From: a bacterium
GTDB taxonomy: Bacteria; Patescibacteriota; Patescibacteriia; UBA1558; S5-K13
Direction of reading: 5' to 3'
Assembly (NCBI GenBank): GCA_029555085.1
Contig: JAKPTO010000044.1
Span: 1 to 14,737 of the forward strand
Length of the DNA: 14,737 bases
Numbering within the stretch: the first letter of the stretch is position 1; each line of letters opens with the position of its first letter. A program made the translations under genes and the position numbers. Shown piece by piece: positions 1-6,671 of the stretch. The notes beneath the pieces were generated by a model. It did no database searches and was not told the DNA's origin. It was given only the letters and a program-made list of their open reading frames with translations.

Positions 1-56
1 ATATTAACTGCTTTAGCTCTTAATCTTGGTAAATTAGGATTAATAGTATATGCCAT
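1..56 (-). CDS. N-terminus of a probable transposase (IS481-like/integrase-core family), running off the window edge
   Basis: ATG at 56-54 opens MAYTINPNLPRLRAKAVN, with no stop to position 1. This resembles, from recall, the MAYTxNPxLPRxRxxAV N-terminus of HTH + integrase-core transposases in Parcubacteria genomes. Only 18 codons are visible and no catalytic domain is in the window. Confidence 0.6.
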   Translation of the reverse strand, partial: MAYTINPNLPRLRAKAVN

Positions 57-141
57 ACACTTTAAAGATTAATAATTATTATATTGTATATATATTTAAT
101 TATTACACTTAAAGCGTTGCCAAGCTATTGGGCTATTACGA
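1..141 (-). mobile_element. Putative left end of an insertion sequence (partial)
   Basis: The GC-richer segment TCGTAATAGCCCAATAGCTTGGCAAC (minus strand, 141-116) is followed by an AT-rich leader and the transposase-like start at 56. It supplies the TAA TAG stops that end the upstream ORF mid-domain. The other end is outside the window, so the boundary is approximate. Confidence 0.5.
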
Positions 142-909
142 CCATATTGCTTCACTTGGATATATATGTCTTATATTGTTTGTATCTAAAAAATATACAG
201 TTGAAGTATCACCTGCTTTTATGAAACTACCATCTGAATACGAACCAGTTTCTGATATTTGTATTATGTTATCATCTTTTATTTGATTATTGTTTTCATT
301 ATTGCTTTGTTCTGTGCTTGTGCTTGTATTTTGATTATTATTCATTAATTCTAATATGTATGGTGGTATAACTGACGATCCTGTGCTTGAACCAGGGATA
401 ATAGTAGGTCTTTGCGACAATGGTCGCCAATCTGTTGTTACTTTATAATCGTTATTATCGCAGGTGTTTGTATTTGAACAGTTAAAAGATATATATCCTG
501 TATTTTCGTTGTATGCATAACCAATAAATTCTCCATTGTTATTTATTGTTACTCCGCTGAAATTTATCCATCCTATATTTTCTCCATAAGCATAACCACT
601 TAATAATCCATCATGCGTGTTTGATACTTTGTAATTGTTTGTAGAGCATGTATCTGTATTTGAACAATTTAATGATATCCAACCAGCATTTTCGCTATAT
701 GCGTAGCCTGTTAATTCTGTATCCGTGATGTTTATGGTGCTATTTGGATCGGAAAAATTTATCCAACCCATATTTTCACTATATGCATATTTATTTGTGC
801 TATCTATCGTCCCATTTGACATTGATGCTTCAGAGTTCAAAAATGGAATAATAAGCAAAAGAAATGAGAATAGACATAAATAATGAGTATATTTTTTCAT
901 TTTAATCAT
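136..909 (-). CDS. Secreted/surface repeat protein with GYAYxENxGWIxF repeats, probably C-terminally truncated
   Basis: Signal-peptide-like N-terminus (MKKY + hydrophobic stretch + SEA). Four repeats: YAYSENMGWINF, GYAYSENAGWISL, GYAYGENIGWINF, GYAYNENTGYISF; two are followed by NCSNTxTC. An N/S/T-rich linker leads to the start of another domain (DGSFIKAGDTSTVYFLDTNNIRHIYPSEAIWS) that stops abruptly. The start may be the ATG at 900. Confidence 0.75.
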   Translation of the reverse strand: MIKMKKYTHYLCLFSFLLLIIPFLNSEASMSNGTIDSTNKYAYSENMGWINFSDPNSTINITDTELTGYAYSENAGWISLNCSNTDTCSTNNYKVSNTHDGLLSGYAYGENIGWINFSGVTINNNGEFIGYAYNENTGYISFNCSNTNTCDNNDYKVTTDWRPLSQRPTIIPGSSTGSSVIPPYILELMNNNQNTSTSTEQSNNENNNQIKDDNIIQISETGSYSDGSFIKAGDTSTVYFLDTNNIRHIYPSEAIWS

Positions 910-928
910 ATTATTTATATTTTAATTA

Positions 929-956
929 ATTATATCACAACCTCGAAGGTTGGCAA
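929..956 (-). promoter_or_regulatory. Putative sigma70 promoter of the secreted repeat protein gene
   Basis: Minus strand TTGCCA (956-951), 16 bp, TATAAT (934-929), with an extended -10 TG (TGATATAAT). The -35 box lies across a junction of the tandem repeat. Confidence 0.5.
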
Positions 957-985
957 CCTCGAAGGTTGGCAACCTCGAAGGTTGC
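938..985. repeat. Three tandem copies of a 16-bp self-complementary unit
   Basis: CAACCTCGAAGGTTGG at 938-953 and 954-969, and CAACCTCGAAGGTTGC at 970-985. Each unit is CAACCT-CGA-AGGTTG (6-bp stem, 3-nt loop). There are no spacers, and the array abuts the stop codon at 986-988. Confidence 0.95.
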
Positions 986-1276
986 TTATTGTAAAAAAAC
1001 TATATCATTTATAACTTTTTCTTCTTGAGTTTTATTTATTTCTTCTACTAATTTTTTCCTCGCTAAACTTAAAGCATTTGCAACAGAAGATGAATTACAA
1101 TGAACATATAAAACTTTATCTTTTACATATTTAGCTTGCGCCATTTTTTCTACCTCTTCTCCCCAAATATTTTTAACTAATTTTTGAAATTCCCATAAAA
1201 CATTACAAGCACTAACCTGTGATTTTATTCTGTTCCTTGCTAAACTTGATGGTAAAATATTTTTTATTAAATCCAT
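986..1276 (-). CDS. dciA: DciA / DUF721-family protein (replicative helicase loader-like)
   Basis: 96 aa with the family pattern W..iwG...a.ma.a.yvkd.vLyV.c.sS..aneL....kklve.IN.......I.dI.f. Confidence 0.7.
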   Translation of the reverse strand: MDLIKNILPSSLARNRIKSQVSACNVLWEFQKLVKNIWGEEVEKMAQAKYVKDKVLYVHCNSSSVANALSLARKKLVEEINKTQEEKVINDIVFLQ

Positions 1277-1360
1277 GATATTAGTTTTAAATAGAAAATA
1301 ATGAATAAGTTTTAAAATTAATCAATTAAATAATTTATAAAATATAAATTTATCATTCTT

Positions 1361-4321
1361 TTACTCCCTAAATGGACAAATATTATTAAAATCGCAATAT
1401 TTGCACGTATGTTCGCTTGGATTTGGTTTAAAATCGCAGGAATTTATTTTTTTTATAATCTCTAAAATTTTATTCTGTGCTTTTTCTTTATCTTTTTCAG
1501 TTCCCAGAAAATCTACCTCTGAATTATCCTCTAAATAATGAAATTTAAGATTCTTCACTTTCTCTTTAAATACACTTTCATAAGCAATCTGATAAATTAT
1601 AAGCTGTTGTTTTTCTTCAAAACTCAATTTTGATTTTGGTTTTCCAGTTTTATAATCAATTAACTCCACTCCTCCGCTCACCTCGTCAACTCTATCAATA
1701 TTTCCCTTAAAACTATAATCGGCAATTTTTATATTAAATCCTTTTTCTAAATATTTTACTTTTGGCGGATTGTTTTCATATTTTTTATATATATCTTTTA
1801 ATAATTTTTTACCAAGTTCAAAATATTTTTTCTTATTAATTTCATCTTCATACCAATCATCAATAAAATTTTCTTCATAAATTGCAATAAATTCATCAAG
1901 ACTAACTGCAATTTTATTTTTTTCTATTTCTTTATTATTATCAAAAATCGAAGTTTGACTTACTGAAATTCTTGCATTATGAAGCTGAAAAAACTTTTGT
2001 AGAGCTAAATGCATTGATTTACCAAAACTAAAAACATATTTTCCCATTGATGGAATTTTTAAAATATGCGCGTAGTAATATTGTCTTGGACACTTATCAT
2101 AAGCGGCAATTTGAGAAAAAGAATATTGCTTGGGCAATAATTTTTTCAAATCTTCTTTATCAATTTTTTTTACATCGTCTCTTTTTGAAAATTTATCATA
2201 AATACTCGCATTATCTCTTATAAATTCTTCTTCTATTTTTACCAAATTTAATTCCTGTAAAAATCTTGATGGTTTTTTTGCTTTTACTCCTCCATAATCC
2301 CTTGCTCTTGTGAAATATAAGCCCTTACGAGCTCTTGTCATTGCAACATAAAAAAGTCGCCTTTCTTCTTCTAAATGAACATCGCCTTCTAAAACTTGCT
2401 CTTTTACTAAATCATCTGGAATTGGAATTGTTTCAGATCGCTCAATACTTGGAAATCTTTTATCAACCAATCCACAAATAAAAACATAATCAAATTCAAG
2501 TCCCTTTGAACCATGAACTGTCATAATTTTTACTGATTCTGGTCCATCATCAGTCGCGTTTTGTAATTTTCCTTTTTCGCCTGATTCTGTTTCTAATGTA
2601 AAAAATTCTAAGAAATCTTTAACACGCCCATTTATATCATCACGCTCAAAATTTTTAACTTTTTTATAAAACTGGTTTAAGTGAGAAAAAATTTCTTGTT
2701 TTTCTGACTCTTTCAATGAGTCGATATATTTTAAATATCCACTATCATCTAAAAATTCCCAAATAACAATCCAAACTTTTTTAGTTAAAGACATTTTTGT
2801 ATGTTTTTCTATTAATCCTACTACTTTATCTAAAATTTCTGTGGTTTTTGCTGACAATTTAATATACCTAAAATGATTTTTTATAACTTCAAATAAAGAA
2901 ACTGCTTTTTTCTTTGCTGTGTGTGATAAATTTACCAAATCCTTATGATCTATATCAAAAAATTTAAAATTTAAAACTCTCCACAAAGCCGTAGATTCAT
3001 GATAATCATCTAATAATTTCAAATACGATATTATATCCATTATTATTTCTTTTTCATAAAGCCCTGAAGATGCTACAAAATTATATGGAATACCTGCATC
3101 GTCTAAACTTCTAATAAATGGTTTTGCTTGAGAATTTGAACGCACTAAAATTGCAAAGTCATTCCATGAAATCCCTGACTCGCGTTTTATTATTTCGTAA
3201 ATTTTTTCAAGCACATCTTGCGCTTCATCTTCTTCATTATCAGATACAATTGTTTCAATTTCTCCCTTTTCTTTTGAATGAGCTACTAATTTTTTATCTA
3301 ACTTTTCTTTTCCTTTTTTGAATTCTGATAATTTTACTTCTAATCTATTTGGATTGTTTAATTCTATAAATCCATAAGCTAAATCTAAAATATCTTGTGT
3401 CGATCTATAATTATCTACTATAAAAATTTCCTGAGCATTTTTATAATCTTTTTTAAAACCTAAAATATTATTCATTGAACTTCCGCGAAAAGCATAAATA
3501 CTTTGATCATCATCTCCCACAACAGTGATGTTATTTTTTGGACTTGCTAATATTTTTATGAGTTCGTATTGAGCATGATTTGTATCTTGAAATTCATCAA
3601 CTAAAATATATTCAAATTGTTTTTTGTATTTTTCTAAAATATTTGGTCGTTCTTTGAATAATTTTATTGTATAGTTAATCAAGTCTCCAAAATCAAGCAC
3701 ATCATTTTCTAAAAGCACATTTTGATATGTATGATATGCATTTGCTAATTCTTCTATTCTTTTAATTTCAAATTCAGCTTCATCGGAATTTGTTAGATCC
3801 TTATTTAATCTTAATTTTTCAGCATAATCTAAATAAATTTCTGGACTAATTAATTCATCCTTACACCTTGAAAAATGTTTTATCAAATCTTTTATAAACT
3901 TTGTAGGATTTCCAAGCGGTCTATAATAATCCAAATCAAATTTATCCAAATTTTTCCTAATTAACATCCAAGCGCTTGTTTCGTCCAGTACTCTAAAATT
4001 ACTAGGCAATCCAATATTTATCCCACTTTCTTCTAAAATTTTTTGACAAAATCCGTGAAAAGTCATAACCCACAAATCAGAATAGCCATATGGAAGCATT
4101 CTATCAATCCGCTCCTCCATCTCAGTTGCGGCTTTTTCTGTAAAAGTAAGAGCCAGCACATTTTCTGGTTTTAAATTTTTACTTTTTATAAGATGGTAAA
4201 CGCGTTGTGTGAGTACTGTTGTTTTGCCAGTTCCTGCGCCGGCAACTATAAGAAGTGGGCCATCTCCATATTCTATGGCCTTTTTCTGTTGAGTGTTTAA
4301 TTTAATATCCTGTGTATTCAT
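1361..4321 (-). CDS. UvrD/PcrA-type SF1A DNA helicase fused to a C-terminal PD-(D/E)XK (RecB/AddB/Cas4-like) nuclease with four Cys, likely Fe-S binding
   Basis: Helicase motifs AGAGTGKT, LTFTEKAA, TFHGF, VDEFQD, VGDDDQSIYAFRG, NYRS, MTVHGSKGLEF, EERRLFYVAMTRAR. Nuclease motifs SFSQ..YDKCPRQYY, GKSMH, GNIDRVD, LIDYKTG, QLIIY, CKYCDFNNIC. Confidence 0.95.
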   Translation of the reverse strand: MNTQDIKLNTQQKKAIEYGDGPLLIVAGAGTGKTTVLTQRVYHLIKSKNLKPENVLALTFTEKAATEMEERIDRMLPYGYSDLWVMTFHGFCQKILEESGINIGLPSNFRVLDETSAWMLIRKNLDKFDLDYYRPLGNPTKFIKDLIKHFSRCKDELISPEIYLDYAEKLRLNKDLTNSDEAEFEIKRIEELANAYHTYQNVLLENDVLDFGDLINYTIKLFKERPNILEKYKKQFEYILVDEFQDTNHAQYELIKILASPKNNITVVGDDDQSIYAFRGSSMNNILGFKKDYKNAQEIFIVDNYRSTQDILDLAYGFIELNNPNRLEVKLSEFKKGKEKLDKKLVAHSKEKGEIETIVSDNEEDEAQDVLEKIYEIIKRESGISWNDFAILVRSNSQAKPFIRSLDDAGIPYNFVASSGLYEKEIIMDIISYLKLLDDYHESTALWRVLNFKFFDIDHKDLVNLSHTAKKKAVSLFEVIKNHFRYIKLSAKTTEILDKVVGLIEKHTKMSLTKKVWIVIWEFLDDSGYLKYIDSLKESEKQEIFSHLNQFYKKVKNFERDDINGRVKDFLEFFTLETESGEKGKLQNATDDGPESVKIMTVHGSKGLEFDYVFICGLVDKRFPSIERSETIPIPDDLVKEQVLEGDVHLEEERRLFYVAMTRARKGLYFTRARDYGGVKAKKPSRFLQELNLVKIEEEFIRDNASIYDKFSKRDDVKKIDKEDLKKLLPKQYSFSQIAAYDKCPRQYYYAHILKIPSMGKYVFSFGKSMHLALQKFFQLHNARISVSQTSIFDNNKEIEKNKIAVSLDEFIAIYEENFIDDWYEDEINKKKYFELGKKLLKDIYKKYENNPPKVKYLEKGFNIKIADYSFKGNIDRVDEVSGGVELIDYKTGKPKSKLSFEEKQQLIIYQIAYESVFKEKVKNLKFHYLEDNSEVDFLGTEKDKEKAQNKILEIIKKINSCDFKPNPSEHTCKYCDFNNICPFRE

Positions 4322-4327
4322 AATACA

Positions 4328-4356
4328 ATTTTAGCCCTTTTGATACTAATCGTCAA
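4328..4356 (-). promoter_or_regulatory. Putative sigma70 promoter of the helicase-nuclease gene (leaderless geometry)
   Basis: Minus strand TTGACG (4356-4351), 17 bp, TAAAAT (4333-4328), then 6 nt to the ATG at 4321. No SD. Confidence 0.65.
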
Positions 4357-4374
4357 AAACAAAATTACACTCTA

Positions 4375-4432
4375 TTGACTATTTTTTCATTGATGATAAT
4401 GTGAGGAGAAATATAATATTCCAACAAGGAGG
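4375..4432 (+). promoter_or_regulatory. Putative promoter(s) and ribosome-binding site of the NUDIX gene
   Basis: Two candidates: TTGACT (4375-4380)-16-TAATGT, or TTGATG (4390-4395)-16-TATAAT (4412-4417). SD AAGGAGG at 4426-4432, 5 nt before the ATG. Confidence 0.5.
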
Positions 4433-4437
4433 ATAAA

Positions 4438-4932
4438 ATGAAAAAAAGCGTTGGTCTTCTTATCTACGTTTTTTATAATGGTATTTTACATGCCATACTC
4501 CAAAAACGCGGAGAATTCAACGTAGAAAAAATGAAACCCGAAACCTGGCCAGGTGCATGTCAGGTATCTGTTCATGGTGGACTTCAAAACGAAGAAAACT
4601 TTGAGCAAGCTCTTTTACGAGAAATTAGCGAAGAAATGCCTGGACTACTAATAGATCCAGATGATCTGACTGAACTGTACCATAAGGTAAGCGATGAAAA
4701 AGAAACAATAACCTATGGTTTTGTTTCTAGAAAAAACCTCAAAGAACTTCTTTCATCTTTTAGTCTGCACTCTTGCACCGGTGGATTAAAAATAATCAAC
4801 GAAAGAAACATAGCGTCAATCCAGGAATTAAGCAATAACGACAAACTGGGCGTTACAGATAGGGAGATTAAAATGTTTCAAGATGAAATCCAGGCCCTTA
4901 AAAATGGATTTTATATATTTTCAAAGGGGTAA
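4438..4932 (+). CDS. NUDIX-family hydrolase
   Basis: Nudix box G-GLQNE-E-NFEQALL-REISEEMPGL fits GX5EX7REUXEEXGU with one extra residue before the final G. Upstream LQKR...WPG resembles the IDI/YfcD-like branch. Strong SD and downstream terminator. Confidence 0.85.
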   Translation: MKKSVGLLIYVFYNGILHAILQKRGEFNVEKMKPETWPGACQVSVHGGLQNEENFEQALLREISEEMPGLLIDPDDLTELYHKVSDEKETITYGFVSRKNLKELLSSFSLHSCTGGLKIINERNIASIQELSNNDKLGVTDREIKMFQDEIQALKNGFYIFSKG

Positions 4933-4946
4933 AATCTTAAAAAAAC

Positions 4947-4982
4947 AACCGAGATTTATTGAATTAGAATCTCGGTTTTTTT
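4947..4982 (+). terminator. Intrinsic terminator of the NUDIX gene
   Basis: AACCGAGATT (4947-4956) pairs with AATCTCGGTT (4968-4977), followed by a T-run. Confidence 0.8.
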
Positions 4983-4985
4983 ATT

Positions 4986-5013
4986 AAAAAAGGTTCTTGC
5001 TTTTGCAAGAACC
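4986..5013 (-). terminator. Intrinsic terminator of the 5027-5728 gene
   Basis: GGTTCTTGC-TTTT-GCAAGAACC (4992-5013), a perfect 9-bp stem. The A6 at 4986-4991 gives the U-tract on the minus strand. Confidence 0.8.
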
Positions 5014-5026
5014 AATAAAAATTATT

Positions 5027-5728
5027 TTATTTTGAGCAATTAATTGCTCTTTTTTTTAGATTAGCATACTTGGTTAAAATGGTTTTGATTTCCATGGCTG
5101 TTGGAGATTCTGGGATAAAAATTCCACACATTACCATGTCGTCAATAATACGCTGAGTTTCCTCTGGAAATAAAAATGTGCCAGCGCACATCTCAACAGC
5201 ATTAAAAAGACCATTGCTATAATACATTAGATTTTGATTACTTTTCTCCCTCCATAACTGAGTTTGCGTTGGGTCATTTGTCATTACGCTAACTGGAAGG
5301 TATTTAGTAGAATCCCTAGAAATGCTTTCTAAACCAAACCGTCTTTCTTTGAAGAAAAAAAGATTCTCAACAACTCTCCCCCTAATAGGACCACCTGTAA
5401 CAAAAACAGAATCAGAGACACCATCGCAATCTCTTGTAGCTGACGCTGACTCTTTTTGCCACATCACAACACATAAAGAATCAGAAAGATCAACATCATG
5501 CCCCAAATAAACCGTCTTTTTAGTACTAGACATGGGTGGGTCTTTTTTAATTGTATCGTCCACGATACCAGACCATGACCAAGTAACAGGCGAATCATGT
5601 TTAGTTGTTTTTGAACTGTTTTTTTTGCCAATTTGCCACGTAAATAGCACGATAATAAAAACTACAAAAACAAAGCAAAGTAGCTGAAATAATGGGTGTT
5701 TCACTAATTCCTTCATTAATTCTTTCAT
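5027..5728 (-). CDS. Hypothetical protein with a single N-terminal membrane anchor
   Basis: 233-aa ORF with hydrophobic LFQLLCFVFVVFIIVLFTW followed by a K/S/T-rich linker. SD GGGAGG 6 nt upstream, own promoter and terminator. No family recognised. Confidence 0.75.
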   Translation of the reverse strand: MKELMKELVKHPLFQLLCFVFVVFIIVLFTWQIGKKNSSKTTKHDSPVTWSWSGIVDDTIKKDPPMSSTKKTVYLGHDVDLSDSLCVVMWQKESASATRDCDGVSDSVFVTGGPIRGRVVENLFFFKERRFGLESISRDSTKYLPVSVMTNDPTQTQLWREKSNQNLMYYSNGLFNAVEMCAGTFLFPEETQRIIDDMVMCGIFIPESPTAMEIKTILTKYANLKKRAINCSK

Positions 5729-5764
5729 TTTAATCCTCCCATGAGTATTTTTTATCTACAAATA

Positions 5765-5793
5765 ACACTAAGGCATACTTTAAAGATTGTCAA
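5765..5793 (-). promoter_or_regulatory. Putative sigma70 promoter of the 5027-5728 gene
   Basis: Minus strand TTGACA (5793-5788), 17 bp, TAGTGT (5770-5765). Confidence 0.65.
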
Positions 5794-5844
5794 GATTAAA
5801 AATATCAAAAAAGGTAGTTTTTTAATATTTCATGAATATTAAAA

Positions 5845-5873
5845 TTGACATATAATTATAAAAAGCATAAGAT
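5845..5873 (+). promoter_or_regulatory. Putative sigma70 promoter of the three-gene small-protein operon
   Basis: TTGACA (5845-5850), 17 bp, TAAGAT (5868-5873). SD AGGAGG follows at 5895-5900. Confidence 0.7.
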
Positions 5874-5905
5874 TTTATTAAACATACAAAACCCAGGAGG
5901 AAATC

Positions 5906-6205
5906 ATGGAAACTCGCATTGTTATTTATGAACAAATAATTCACTCTGATAATGACTTTTCAGTCAAAAACAGAAAAAAATTATTAACTCTAGGCACCCA
6001 ACGCAAAATTAAATATCAATTCACAAATCTCGATGTTGGTGATGTTATAGAACTTAGCATCGGAGAAGAAGTAAAACACATGCTCATCATTAAAATTAAC
6101 GAAAAGATTAACTCCACGGAAATTTTCGTAAGAAAAATAGCAAGCGGCGGACCAGAAAACAAAGATCAATTAGAAATTCAGTTTGAAAGGAGTCAGAATG
6201 TGTAA
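5906..6205 (+). CDS. Hypothetical protein (99 aa, beta-strand-like composition)
   Basis: AGGAGG 5 nt before the ATG; first gene after a near-consensus promoter. No family recognised. Confidence 0.7.
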   Translation: METRIVIYEQIIHSDNDFSVKNRKKLLTLGTQRKIKYQFTNLDVGDVIELSIGEEVKHMLIIKINEKINSTEIFVRKIASGGPENKDQLEIQFERSQNV

Positions 6206-6410
6206 ACTATGCAATGGAACAGGTAATCAAAAAATACATGGAACAGTTTCTGTAACAATAAAACCATGCCCAAATGGTTGCCAACCCAATCAATGTCTAA
6301 GTCATCCATCGGATGCTGAACACCCAGACCATTGCAATCTCTGTAATGATACTGGGATAACATCTATGGGATCGTGTTGCTGTAAATTTACGCAAACAAT
6401 TACAAAATAG
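6198..6410 (+). CDS. Small Cys/His-rich protein (70 aa), putative zinc-finger/metal-binding
   Basis: The better start is ATG 6198, with SD AAAGGAG at 6186-6192 and overlap with the upstream stop, rather than the track's TTG at 6183. Contains 10 Cys and 4 His: CKLCNGTG, CPNGC, CNLCNDTG, CCC. Confidence 0.7.
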   Translation: MCKLCNGTGNQKIHGTVSVTIKPCPNGCQPNQCLSHPSDAEHPDHCNLCNDTGITSMGSCCCKFTQTITK

Positions 6411-6420
6411 GAGGTAAAAA

Positions 6421-6669
6421 ATGTGTGAATGTTGTCCACGAGAGATGCCAAAAGCAAATTTCCACCAAAATTTAGAAGGTCCAGATTGGTATGTAATTGT
6501 AAACCATGTAAAGGACATGACTGCTGAAAAGATTACTCAATTTGCGGAAAAAGTTGGCGCAGTCCAGGATGACAAGTATTTTGTTCTGCTTGGAAATTTT
6601 GGAGCACTCCCAGAACTCTACACAAAAAATCAGATAGCTGAAAAGCTATCTGAATTACAAAATCACTAA
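6421..6669 (+). CDS. Hypothetical protein (82 aa) with N-terminal CxCC motif
   Basis: SD AGGAGGT at 6409-6415, 5 nt before the ATG. Begins MCECCP. Terminator immediately after the stop. Confidence 0.7.
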   Translation: MCECCPREMPKANFHQNLEGPDWYVIVNHVKDMTAEKITQFAEKVGAVQDDKYFVLLGNFGALPELYTKNQIAEKLSELQNH

Positions 6670-6671
6670 TC

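Noticed and set aside
938-985. CRISPR array
   Set aside because: Units are only 16 bp and directly adjacent with no spacers, and no cas genes are present. The Cas4-like fold in the helicase is an ordinary RecB-family nuclease domain.
1332-1350. Inverted repeat AATTTATA-AAA-TATAAATT between the helicase and dciA
   Set aside because: Entirely A/T in a very AT-rich spacer; too weak for a terminator and expected by chance.
3118-3321. + strand 67-aa ORF
   Set aside because: Antisense shadow inside the helicase gene, with no RBS or recognisable motif.
5322-5510. + strand 62-aa ORF
   Set aside because: Antisense to the 5027-5728 gene, which has its own promoter, SD and terminator.
6198-6410. RiPP precursor (e.g. 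ranthipeptide) interpretation of the Cys-rich peptide
   Set aside because: No radical SAM, YcaO, lanthipeptide synthetase or dedicated exporter nearby. Cys starts at residue 2, leaving no leader, and the CxxC spacing fits metal binding better.
6297-6518. - strand 73-aa ORF
   Set aside because: Overlaps two + strand genes that have strong SD sites and coherent Cys motifs.
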